DNA of 64,000 bases. It comes from Clostridia bacterium (GTDB lineage Bacteria > Bacillota > Clostridia > TANB77 > CAG-508). How positions within the stretch are numbered: position 1 is the first letter of the stretch; each line of letters begins with the position of its first letter. The notes beneath the pieces were generated by a model. The model was given only the letters and a program-made list of their open reading frames with translations, was not told where the DNA came from and searched no databases. The stretch is from assembly GCA_045643205.1 (NCBI GenBank), contig JAZUKI010000010.1:128001-192000 (forward strand), read 5' to 3'. Positions 9,831 through 19,008 of the stretch are shown one piece after another. Made by a program: the position numbers and the translations under genes.

Positions 9831-10202
9831 ATGGCAAATAGAGTTAAGAAAGATAGAAGTGCAATTAGAAAAGCTAAAAAAGCTAATCGATCATATTATA
9901 CTAGTAAAGTAGAGATTAATAATGAAAATATTGAATACTTGAATGAACAATCAATACGTCTCGATGTAAAAAAAGTTGCAGAACAAGCTGTCATTTCTGA
10001 TGCAAAAGAAACCAAACAAACTCAAAAAGAAGAACAACAAAGTTTACAAGCTTTGTTTGAAACAAAAAAACAATTAATTCAAAAATTAAAAAAAATTAAT
10101 CAACAAGCTAGAAGTGTTGGTAATAAATTAGTAGAAGTAAAAAAATTAGTAGATAAAGATAACAAGATATTAGATGAAAATGGCGAACTTATTTTAGAAT
10201 AA
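9831..10202 (+). CDS. Hypothetical coiled-coil protein
   Basis: GGAG RBS; upstream TTGATT-17-TAAAAT promoter; K/Q/E-rich helical sequence. Confidence 0.7.
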   Translation: MANRVKKDRSAIRKAKKANRSYYTSKVEINNENIEYLNEQSIRLDVKKVAEQAVISDAKETKQTQKEEQQSLQALFETKKQLIQKLKKINQQARSVGNKLVEVKKLVDKDNKILDENGELILE

Positions 10203-10217
10203 AATTTGGAGTTTAAA

Positions 10218-10610
10218 GTGAATAAAGATAAAGAAAAAGAAAGTTTAACGATATATCATGAAGATATGTTTACTAAACTAAAAAAAGCATTTAAAAAGTT
10301 ATTTAATATTGAAACAGATTCAGAGCCTCAATACAATGCTGCCCAAAGCGCAAAGATGAGACTTTCAAGCGATAAAACAAATTCAATTTTTACTACACAA
10401 AGAAGATTTGAAAAAGGTGAAATTACAGAAAAAGATTTATCAGAAGTTGAAGTTCTAAAAATGACTCAATTATATAATGAACAAATAAAAGAACTTGAAG
10501 AAGAAATCAAAGAAAGAGAAAAAGAAGTAAACGAAAACACTAAATTGTTAAACGAATATTATCAAAAGACAATTTCTGTGCAAGAAAAACAAATAGTTAA
10601 TGCAAATTAA
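10218..10610 (+). CDS. Hypothetical coiled-coil protein with N-terminal amphipathic helix
   Basis: GGAG RBS before GTG 10218; MFTKLKKAFKKLF helix; followed by a terminator-like hairpin. Confidence 0.7.
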   Translation: MNKDKEKESLTIYHEDMFTKLKKAFKKLFNIETDSEPQYNAAQSAKMRLSSDKTNSIFTTQRRFEKGEITEKDLSEVEVLKMTQLYNEQIKELEEEIKEREKEVNENTKLLNEYYQKTISVQEKQIVNAN

Positions 10611-10624
10611 AAAACGGTTAACAG

Positions 10625-10697
10625 AAATGTTAATTGTTTTTTTTAGCATAGTGAAAGAAAAAAATGTTAATTATTTTTTTAACATAGTGAAAGGAAA
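10625..10697 (+). repeat. About 36-bp intergenic direct duplication; second copy carries the RBS
   Basis: AAATGTTAATTGTTTTTTTTAGCATAGTGAAAGAAA / AAAATGTTAATTATTTTTTTAACATAGTGAAAGGAAA. Confidence 0.75.
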
Positions 10698-10702
10698 TAA
10701 AA

Positions 10703-11248
10703 ATGGATATTAATATTAATCAATTAATTCAGAAAGACAAAACTTTTTCTGATTCAGAATTTAAATCAAAAGTAGAAAATCAATTTATGCAAATATTTCT
10801 TGCTATTACAACTGGAAAGATTGAAAGAGTTAAACATTTTGTAAATGAAGAAACATATAATCAATTAGAAATGATAGTTAAATCAAATGAAGCAAATAAT
10901 GTAATTCATTTTTATGAAGAACCTAATGTTAGTAATATATGTATAAATAGAATTATAGAAGAAGAGGAAGATTTTATTATTGAAACAACTTTATTATTTA
11001 AAGCATATGATTATTTTGCTAGAAAGAGTGATTTTAAATTTATTTCTGGAGTTAAAGATTATAGAAAAGAAACAGTACGTAGAGTAATTTTTAAAAAATA
11101 TAAGAATGCAAAAGAGTTTGGTATTCAAAGAAAATGTCCTTCATGTGGAAATACTATGGATACTAACTATTCTGGATTATGCCCATATTGCAATACTACA
11201 TTTAATCTATATGCATATGATTGGGTAATAATTTATTTAGATTTATAA
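10703..11248 (+). CDS. Tim44-like domain protein with C-terminal zinc ribbon (no TM)
   Basis: DKTFSDSEFKSKVENQFMQI...; CPSCG...CPYCN; YDWVI. Confidence 0.8.
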   Translation: MDININQLIQKDKTFSDSEFKSKVENQFMQIFLAITTGKIERVKHFVNEETYNQLEMIVKSNEANNVIHFYEEPNVSNICINRIIEEEEDFIIETTLLFKAYDYFARKSDFKFISGVKDYRKETVRRVIFKKYKNAKEFGIQRKCPSCGNTMDTNYSGLCPYCNTTFNLYAYDWVIIYLDL

Positions 11249-11367
11249 AAATTATTTAAATAATTTGAACTTAACTAATTTAAATTTAAATTAATTTTTG
11301 TTTAAATTAATTTTGATTTATAAGTAGGTTTGATTCAAATAGTTTTGAATTTGTAAGGAGATAATAA

Positions 11368-12284
11368 ATGAATAAAAATTTGAAAAGGCATTAAAATTTG
11401 TTAAAATATGGACAATAATAATGACATTCATAGTTGCAATATTTTGTTTCTTTGCTATAAGCGATGATAAACCTACAGTTGCAGATACAGGATTTAGTAC
11501 ATCACATAGTGGTGGAGGAGATTCATCAAGTTCAAGTGATTCAAGCAGTTATAGTTCAAGCAGCTCAAGTTCTTCTAGCTCATTAAGCAAATCTAGTTCT
11601 AGTAGAAAACTAACAAAAGAAGAAGGAATTATAATCTGTATAGCAATGGCAGCTATCTGGATAGGTCCTATTATAAGCACAATAATTTCTAATATAATTA
11701 GAAATACAAGAACTAAAATTAAAAACAAGAGAATGAGCGAAAGCGCAGAAAAATTAATAAAACAATACATTCTAGATTTTGATAAAAAACAATTTTTACA
11801 ATTACAATTTGATAATTACTGTAAAATGCAAACTGCATGGATGAACTTTAAAATGGAAGATGTTAAAGAATTAATATCTGATGAATTATATACAATGTGG
11901 TGTTCACAACTTGATACACTTGAATTAAAGAATGAACAAAATATTATGAAATCATTCAAATATGTATATGGTAATTTAACAGATGCATCAATTGAAAATG
12001 GTAATTTAACAGTAACTACAGATTACAAAATAAAAGCTCGTGATTATATTGTTAGAAAAGGAACAAACAAACTTATTAGAGGTTCTAAATCATTAATGGA
12101 AATTCATTATGAAATGAAATTTAGAATTTCGGTTGACCATATTAATACAATTGATAAGTGTCCAAGTTGCGGCAACGTAATTACAAACAATACATCAAAT
12201 ATTTGTCCGTTCTGTAGATCACAATTATTTGTTGAACATAAAGATTGGGTATTAACAGAAAAAACATGCCTTGGACAAAAATAA
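11368..12284 (+). pseudogene. Membrane Tim44-like/zinc-ribbon protein with apparent 1-nt deletion near codons 6-7 (or assembly error)
   Basis: AAGGAG RBS + ATG 11368 stops at TAA 11392; a -1 shift gives MNKNLKKALKFVKIWTIIMTF..., matching the paralogue's N-terminus; ORF 11421-12284 carries the remainder. Confidence 0.65.
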
Positions 12285-12390
12285 GGTGTATAATATAAAC
12301 ATATAATTGAGGTGTATATTAAAATGTAAAAATAAAACAAGCAAACAAAAATAAAAAATATAGTAATAAGTATTAAGTAAGGAAAATAAA

Positions 12391-13276
12391 ATGAAAAAGA
12401 TATTAAAAAGAATATTTAAATTTATAGCTATTTTGTTTACATGTTTACTAGTTATAGGATGTATGTTTATCGTCACATCAGATGATAAACCTACATTCGC
12501 AGATACAGGTTTTAGTGGTGGACATAGTAGTGGTGGTTCACATAGCTCACATAGTAGTTCACATGGTGGTTCTGGAGGAGGAACAGGAAATCCCAGTAGC
12601 TGATGCAGTCATAGTAATATTAATACTAACAATGTATGGAGTATTAATATATGTTGGAAATAAAAAGAAAAATAGTCCTCATAGAATAAAGAATATAGAG
12701 GAAGTAAGACAAAAAGATGCAAATGCTGAAAGATTTATTAGACAATACTTACCAAACTTTAATAAATTACAATTCTTAAATGATCAATACAACAATTACT
12801 GCAGAATGCAAGTTGATTGGATGAACTTCAACATGCCAGATATGAAGGAATTAATTACTGATGAATTATATACAATGTGGAGTGCACAATTAGAAACATT
12901 AAAATTAAAAGGCGAACAAAACATAATGGGAACATTTGAATTAGAGTCAGCATACTTAACAGATGCTACACTACAAAATGGCAACCTAACTGTTTCAGTA
13001 TATTATGTAATTAAAACATATGACTATATTGCTGATTTCAATACTAAGAGATTAGTAAGAGGAAACAATAGAGAAAGAATAAGATATGATTATTTAATGA
13101 AATTCAGAATATCATTAGATCATATGAATAATATAGATAAATGTCCAAGTTGTGGAAATGTAATTACAAATAACACATCAAATATTTGTCCATTCTGTAG
13201 ATCACAATTATTTGTAGAACCAAAGAATTGGGTATTAACAGAAAAAACTTGTCTACATCAAGAATACACAAAATAA
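12391..13276 (+). pseudogene. Membrane Tim44-like/zinc-ribbon protein split by a +1 frameshift near 12592 (or assembly error)
   Basis: ORF 12391-12603 (signal peptide, ADTGFS, Gly/Ser/His linker) continues in the +1 frame as PVADAVIVIL...; removing one C from AATCCCAGT restores a paralogue colinear with 11368-12284. Confidence 0.75.
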
Positions 13277-13376
13277 CATATACAAAATTAATCATAAGTA
13301 GATGAAAAATAGCAAAAATAAAAAATAAACAGCAATAAAATAATAAAACAAAATAATATAAATTTTAAATTAAATT

Positions 13377-13409
13377 ATTAAACTGCTAGATGTATTCTAG
13401 CAGTTTAAT
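13377..13409. promoter_or_regulatory. Perfect 14-bp-arm inverted repeat upstream of the CDF gene (operator or terminator)
   Basis: ATTAAACTGCTAGA-tgtat-TCTAGCAGTTTAAT. Confidence 0.5.
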
Positions 13410-13434
13410 GCTCATAAAGAAGAGGCATAAAAAT

Positions 13435-14553
13435 ATGAAAAATAACAGAGAAAAAGAAGTAGTAAAAACAAGCATTATAAGTATATTATCTAATTTACTT
13501 TTAGTTGGATTTAAAACTTTTATAGGAATAATTTCAAACTCTATAGCAATTATTTCTGATGCAATTAATAATTTAAGCGATGTTTTATCAAGCATAATAA
13601 CAATAATAGGAACAAAATTAGCAGGAAAAGCACCTGATAAAGAACATCCTTATGGACATGGAAGAATTGAATATACAACAGCATTTATTGTTTCAGCAAT
13701 TGTTTTATATGCAGGTATTACAGCACTTATAGAATCAATTAAAAAACTTATAAATCCAGAACCAGTTGAATATAATGTTTTAACATTAATTGTATTAGTG
13801 ACAAGTATTATTGTAAAATTTGTATTAGGAATATATGTTAAACAAAAGGGTAAAAAAATAAATTCTGATTCATTAGTAGCTAGCGGATCAGATGCTTTTA
13901 ATGATGCACTTCTTTCAATTGCTGTTTTAATTTCAACAATAATTTATATGGTATTTGGATATAGTATTGAAGTTTATATTAGTATTTTACTATCCCTATT
14001 TATTATTAGAACAGGTTTTAAATTAATTAAAGAATCAGTTGACAGCATGGTAGGAACAAGAGTTGAAAGTTCTTTAACAAAGAACATTAAAGAAGAAATT
14101 AATAAATTGCCAGAAGTAAATGGAGTATTTGATTTAATATTAACAGACTATGGACCAGATAAATATTTAGGCTCAGTACATATTGGATTAGATAATGCTT
14201 TATCAGTAGAAGAAGTGGATAAAATTTCTAGAAAAGTTTCAAAAATAATTCTTGAAAAGTATGGAGTACTACTTCATACAATTGGTGTTTACTCAATAAA
14301 TACTAAAGATAAAGAAATAATGAATATACAGCATGATATTAATGATATTGTTTTTGATCATGAAGGAATTTTACAAATGCATGGTTTTTATATTGATAAG
14401 GTTGAAAAAACAATTAGTCTAGATATAATTTTTGATTTTGAACAAAAAGATAGAGAAGAGATTTGCAAACATATACAAAATGATATTCAAAAGAAATATA
14501 AAAACTATACAATAAATGTTACTTTAGATGTAGATATAAATGAACAAATATAA
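13435..14553 (+). CDS. Cation diffusion facilitator (CDF) family transporter
   Basis: SIAIISDAINNLSD, PDKEHPYGHGRIE, TM helices, duplicated C-terminal cytoplasmic domain. Confidence 0.92.
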   Translation: MKNNREKEVVKTSIISILSNLLLVGFKTFIGIISNSIAIISDAINNLSDVLSSIITIIGTKLAGKAPDKEHPYGHGRIEYTTAFIVSAIVLYAGITALIESIKKLINPEPVEYNVLTLIVLVTSIIVKFVLGIYVKQKGKKINSDSLVASGSDAFNDALLSIAVLISTIIYMVFGYSIEVYISILLSLFIIRTGFKLIKESVDSMVGTRVESSLTKNIKEEINKLPEVNGVFDLILTDYGPDKYLGSVHIGLDNALSVEEVDKISRKVSKIILEKYGVLLHTIGVYSINTKDKEIMNIQHDINDIVFDHEGILQMHGFYIDKVEKTISLDIIFDFEQKDREEICKHIQNDIQKKYKNYTINVTLDVDINEQI

Positions 14554-14654
14554 TATAAAACATAATAATAGTAAAATAATAAAATAGAAAAATAGCAAAT
14601 AAAAATAATTTATAAAAAATAAAAATATAGAATGAAAAAATAGAATAAAGAATA

Positions 14655-14684
14655 AAGAGTTGTTCTTAAATGAACAACTCTTTT
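14655..14684. terminator. Bidirectional terminator between the CDF gene and tRNA-Trp
   Basis: AAGAGTTGTTC-ttaaat-GAACAACTCTTTT. Confidence 0.75.
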
Positions 14685-14688
14685 AATA

Positions 14689-14763
14689 TGGCAGGGGTAG
14701 TAGGATTCGAACCCACACGCACGGTTTTGGAGACCGGAATGCTACCATTAACATCATACCCCT
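14689..14763 (-). tRNA. tRNA-Trp (CCA), CCA end encoded; C27:U43 mismatch leaves a 4-bp anticodon stem
   Basis: Reverse complement AGGGGTATGATGTTAATGGTAGCATTCCGGTCTCCAAAACCGTGCGTGTGGGTTCGAATCCTACTACCCCTGCCA folds as a cloverleaf; G73 discriminator. Confidence 0.95.
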
Positions 14764-14872
14764 ATGTAGTTACGACAATTATTATAATAGCATACTATAT
14801 CAATTTAAGCAAGTAGATTGAAAAAAATAATTGCCTATGATACTATGAATGCGTTACTTAAAGGAGTTATTC

Positions 14873-15358
14873 ATGGGAAAAGAAAATGAAGAAAAATGTA
14901 TAGAATCAAATTCAAAAAATGATTCTAAAATTAAAAAAATAATAAAAAAAGTTTTTACAAAAGAGATAATGCTTTATTTAGTTTTTGGAGTTTTATCTAC
15001 ATTAATTAATCTTGGCGTAAAAATTGTTTTATTAAGAACTGTTTTAGATTCAAATAATCCATTTCAACTACAAGTTGCAGTATTTATTGCTTGGTTTGTA
15101 GCGGTAATTTTTGCATATATTACTAATAGAAAATTTGTGTTTGAAAGCAAAAATAAAAATAAATTACAAGAATTCTTTAAGTTTTTTGCGGGCAGAATAG
15201 CTACATGGTTATTTGATGCAGGCTTTATGCTAGTATTTGTAACATTACTTCATTTCCCAGATATAATAATGGCTATTATTTCAAATATGTTTGTAATAAT
15301 ATTTAACTATATATTAAGTAAATTATTTGTTTTTAAAAATAATAAAGAAACAAAATAA
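14873..15358 (+). CDS. GtrA family membrane protein
   Basis: YLVFGVLSTLIN, FAYITNRKFVF, FNYILSKLFVF. Confidence 0.92.
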   Translation: MGKENEEKCIESNSKNDSKIKKIIKKVFTKEIMLYLVFGVLSTLINLGVKIVLLRTVLDSNNPFQLQVAVFIAWFVAVIFAYITNRKFVFESKNKNKLQEFFKFFAGRIATWLFDAGFMLVFVTLLHFPDIIMAIISNMFVIIFNYILSKLFVFKNNKETK

Positions 15359-15362
15359 CATA

Positions 15363-15391
15363 TTGCCAAAATATTCCAAAAATGATATAAT
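15363..15391 (+). promoter_or_regulatory. SigA promoter of ssrA
   Basis: TTGCCA-17-TATAAT with extended TG. Confidence 0.75.
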
Positions 15392-15406
15392 TTAAATGTT
15401 ATTTAA

Positions 15407-15764
15407 GGGGATGTATTGGCTTCGACAGTAACCCAGAAGTAATTATAGCGAGTAGTGGATGGCTGCTTTGGCCACTTTAAAAAAGCAGAATTAAATATAA
15501 AAGCTGATCGTAAAGAATTAGCATTTGCTGCCTAATTGCAGCATTGTTCTTAGTTTCTAGCCAACTGAGTTATTAAGAGCATCAAATTAAAGTTGGAAAC
15601 AAATCTGTTCTGATCTATTAGAATAGAGGGTATTTTAAGTAGATACTTTAGAAATTTATTTGCTTGTTAATTGTTTCTAAAGGAATTTTTTTAATAAGCT
15701 GCACTCGGAGAAGTAGTTATGGAAAGATTATTGGACGTGGGTTCAACTCCCACCATCTCCACCA
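15407..15764 (+). ncRNA. ssrA: tmRNA; tag peptide (A)ADRKELAFAA
   Basis: 5' GGGGATGT...GGCTTCGAC; 3' GGACGTGGGTTCAACTCCCACCATCTCCACCA; tag ORF 15503-15535 ending LAFAA-TAA. Confidence 0.95.
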
Positions 15765-15784
15765 AATTTATATAATAAAAAAAC

Positions 15785-15828
15785 AAAACTGATGTAAGTT
15801 GTAAAACTACATCAGTTTTGCTTTTTTT
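15785..15828. terminator. Terminator hairpin after ssrA
   Basis: AAAACTGATGTA...TACATCAGTTTT followed by a T tract. Confidence 0.7.
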
Positions 15829-15847
15829 CCCTTAGGGGTCAGGAGAG

Positions 15848-16234
15848 CTATAAAATTTTAACACATGGATTTCCTTTTGCTGTTTTTGTCCACGACAGAT
15901 CAGTAGAAGTAATTTCTGCTAGACCTAACCCAATGGATAGAACAAGTAGGTCATCAGCCTCTTTGGGAAGATTGGTCCACTTTTCATAATTTTTTGTATA
16001 AAAAAATTGCGAAAATGAATCACCATCCTTTAAACTATCGGGCAACTTATCGAGAATATCCTTTATAAGATTACGATGCTCTTCAAGTCTCCTTTTGTTT
16101 AAGGAATAGGTGAAAGTGCTCCCAGATACTAATATTTTATTATTAGTATCTGTATCAACATAATCATTGAAAATACATTCCCGAAAGGTTTGACTTACTA
16201 ATGAAGCCATGTTTTCTGATGTTACATGTTGCAT
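15848..16234 (-). CDS. Hypothetical protein, possibly of phage or foreign origin
   Basis: 128-aa ORF with GAAAGGA RBS; opposite orientation and different codon style from neighbours. Confidence 0.65.
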   Translation of the reverse strand: MQHVTSENMASLVSQTFRECIFNDYVDTDTNNKILVSGSTFTYSLNKRRLEEHRNLIKDILDKLPDSLKDGDSFSQFFYTKNYEKWTNLPKEADDLLVLSIGLGLAEITSTDLSWTKTAKGNPCVKIL

Positions 16235-16441
16235 ATGGCTTTCCTTTCATACTAAACTAAATTATCAGTTCAGTATTTTGTACACTTTTTATAGTTCGCT
16301 GCACACACGAATAATTATGGAAAAATCATATCATAGTTTACATAAAAATGCAATTTATATTATAAAATATAAATTTAAATTTTATATAGTATTTCATATT
16401 TTACTATGATATTATAAGCACGATTTTAGGAATGGAGGAAT

Positions 16442-17692
16442 ATGATGTTAGAATTTAATAATTTAAAAAATGTTGATCCTGAAATTTATGAGGCAATTAC
16501 AAAAGAAAAGAAAAGACAACAAGACAATCTTGAAATGATTGCAAGTGAAAACTTTACAAGTGAAGCAGTTATGGAAGCTATGGGTTCATACATGACAAAC
16601 AAATACGCTGAAGGTTATCCTGGAAACAGATATTATGCAGGATGTCAAAACGTAGATATATCTGAATCAATAGCAATTGAAAGACTTAAAAAACTTTTTG
16701 GAGCAGAGCATGCAAATGTTCAACCACATAGTGGAGCCCAAGCAAATGAAGCTGTTTATACAGCATGTTTACAACCAGGAGATAAAGTTTTAACACTAAC
16801 ATTAAATTCAGGAGGACATATTTCTCATATGTCTAAAGCAACAGCTCAATCAAGATTTTATGAGGCAATTTATTATGATGTAAATCCAGAAACATATTTA
16901 ATTGATTATGATGAAGTTGAAAGACTTGCTTTAGAAAACAAACCTAAGTTAATTATTACTGGTGCAAGTGCATATCCTAGAGCTATTGATTTTAAACGCT
17001 TTAGAGAAATTGCAGATAAATGTGGAGCATTATTAATGGTTGATATGGCTCATATTGCTGGATTAGTAGCAGCAGGAGTACATCCAAATCCAGTTCCATA
17101 TGCAGATTTTGTAACAAGTACAACACATAAAACTTTAAGAGGACCTCGTGGTGGAATTATTCTTTGTAAAGAAGAATGGGCTCATCAAATTGATTTAGCT
17201 GTTTTCCCAAGAACACAAGGTGGACCATTAGAACATGTTATTGCAGCAAAAGCTGTAGCATTTAAAGAAGCATTATCTCCAGAATTTAAAAAATATCAAG
17301 AGCAAGTTGTAGCTAATGCTAAAGCTTTAGCTGAAAGATTAGTTGAAAATGGATTTAATGTTTTAACAGGTGGAACAGATAACCATTTAGTATTATTAGA
17401 TTTAAGAAATAAAGGAATAACAGGAAAAGATTTAGAAACAAGATTAGATAGTGTAAGAATTACAACAAATAAAAATGCAGTTCCTTTTGATACAGAAAAC
17501 AAAAAGACAACTTCTGGTTTAAGACTTGGAACACCAGCTTTAACAACTAGAGGAATGAAAGAAGAACAAATGACTAAAATTGCAGATTTAATAAAACTTT
17601 GTGCTGATTCTGAAGAAGAATTCGAGAGCAATAAAGATGCAATAATTGAAGAGGTGGATAAACTTACAAAAGAATTTCCATTATATAAATAA
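16442..17692 (+). CDS. glyA: Serine hydroxymethyltransferase
   Basis: [29 protein letters not shown]. Confidence 0.98.
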   Translation: MMLEFNNLKNVDPEIYEAITKEKKRQQDNLEMIASENFTSEAVMEAMGSYMTNKYAEGYPGNRYYAGCQNVDISESIAIERLKKLFGAEHANVQPHSGAQANEAVYTACLQPGDKVLTLTLNSGGHISHMSKATAQSRFYEAIYYDVNPETYLIDYDEVERLALENKPKLIITGASAYPRAIDFKRFREIADKCGALLMVDMAHIAGLVAAGVHPNPVPYADFVTSTTHKTLRGPRGGIILCKEEWAHQIDLAVFPRTQGGPLEHVIAAKAVAFKEALSPEFKKYQEQVVANAKALAERLVENGFNVLTGGTDNHLVLLDLRNKGITGKDLETRLDSVRITTNKNAVPFDTENKKTTSGLRLGTPALTTRGMKEEQMTKIADLIKLCADSEEEFESNKDAIIEEVDKLTKEFPLYK

Positions 17693-17716
17693 AATGTATT
17701 TTTAATAGGAGGACTT

Positions 17717-18859
17717 ATGAAAATAAAAGTAATTGCTTCTACAAAAGTAGGATATGAATTACCTAAAAAAGAAGCTGTTGATTTTTCAGGAAAATCAGCT
17801 GGAATTTGTTATTTACCAGATACATTAGAAACTTTATTTAATGAACCAATTGAAAAGACTGAAAAAAGAGCTAATATGAATATTAAATCAGGACATCATA
17901 GTGTTTTTGCACATGCAGTTTATAACTTAAGCTTTGAAGGCATTCCAAAGATATTAGCAATGATTTTAAATAATGAAAAAGTTTATAATACATCTGAAAA
18001 GTCAGGAAGATATACAGTAATGGAGACTACAGATGAAGAACAAGTTCTTTATGAGAAATGGATTGAAATTTTTATGAAAAGAATTTCTGAAGAGTATCCT
18101 AGTTTTGATGAAAAGAAAGTAAGAAAATTAGCACAAGAAAATGCAAGATATTTAATATCAGTTTTCACTCCTGCTACTGTAATGGAGTATTCAACAAATT
18201 TTTGCCAATTAAATTATATTATCAATTTTGCAAAAGATTATATTGAATTTGAACCTGATAATAAGTTTTCAATAAAGTTAAAGGCAGTGTTAAAAGAGTT
18301 TATTGAAGCAATGCCTGATCTAGAAGTTGAAGGATTAAATGCAAGATTTAAAAATAGAAAATTTTCAATGTTTGCAACTAGAGAAAGAAAAGAAGAATTT
18401 GGTGAAAATTATTGTATAAATTATAAAGCTACTTTCCCTGGATTTGGACAAGCTCAAAGACACAGAACTTTAATTTATGAAATGAGTCTTTTAGACAAAA
18501 ATGAATTTTATGTTCCTGAAATAATAAAAAATACTGAGTATGAAGAAGAATGGTTAAAAGACATTACTTCATTAGAAGATAACTTTCCACAAGGAATGTT
18601 GATAAATGTAAATGAAAGAGGAACAATTGAAAACTTTGTTCTTAAATGCCAAGAAAGACTTTGTGGTGCAGCTCAAATTGAAATAATGGAACAAACAAAA
18701 GATACAATGAAAAGATATATGGAAGCAGTTAAAGATGATGAAACTTTATATAACTATTTATTACCATATAGTAAGGGAGCAAGATGTACATTCCCAGGAT
18801 TCACTTGTACAGCACCATGCATTTTCGGACCAAAGAATGCAATGGATAGAAAAATTTAA
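17717..18859 (+). CDS. thyX: FAD-dependent thymidylate synthase, long (duplicated/permuted) form
   Basis: SGHHSVFAH, SEKSGRY, ENARYL in the N-half; QAQRHRT and ERLCGAAQIEI in the C-half; adjacent to glyA. Confidence 0.8.
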   Translation: MKIKVIASTKVGYELPKKEAVDFSGKSAGICYLPDTLETLFNEPIEKTEKRANMNIKSGHHSVFAHAVYNLSFEGIPKILAMILNNEKVYNTSEKSGRYTVMETTDEEQVLYEKWIEIFMKRISEEYPSFDEKKVRKLAQENARYLISVFTPATVMEYSTNFCQLNYIINFAKDYIEFEPDNKFSIKLKAVLKEFIEAMPDLEVEGLNARFKNRKFSMFATRERKEEFGENYCINYKATFPGFGQAQRHRTLIYEMSLLDKNEFYVPEIIKNTEYEEEWLKDITSLEDNFPQGMLINVNERGTIENFVLKCQERLCGAAQIEIMEQTKDTMKRYMEAVKDDETLYNYLLPYSKGARCTFPGFTCTAPCIFGPKNAMDRKI

Positions 18860-18898
18860 AAAAATAAATATCACCGGCATAGCCAAAAGTTTATAAAT

Positions 18899-18934
18899 AA
18901 AAACATCAGTTATATAATTGACTGATGTTTTTTT
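18899..18934 (+). terminator. Intrinsic terminator after glyA-thyX
   Basis: AAAACATCAGTT...GACTGATGTTTTTT. Confidence 0.75.
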
Positions 18935-19008
18935 ATTTATAGATAGCATTTAATAATTTGTTATGTTATTATTATTGTGTATAAGTTTTTTTACGAAAGA
19001 GGGTTTAT

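Noticed and set aside
9831-10610. Single gene interrupted by an in-frame TAA
   Set aside because: The downstream part has its own GGAG RBS and GTG start at 10218; no evidence for fusion
12601-12663. TGA readthrough as an explanation of the split Tim44 gene
   Set aside because: Reading through in the same frame gives about 20 non-homologous residues and a TAA at 12661; a +1 shift is needed
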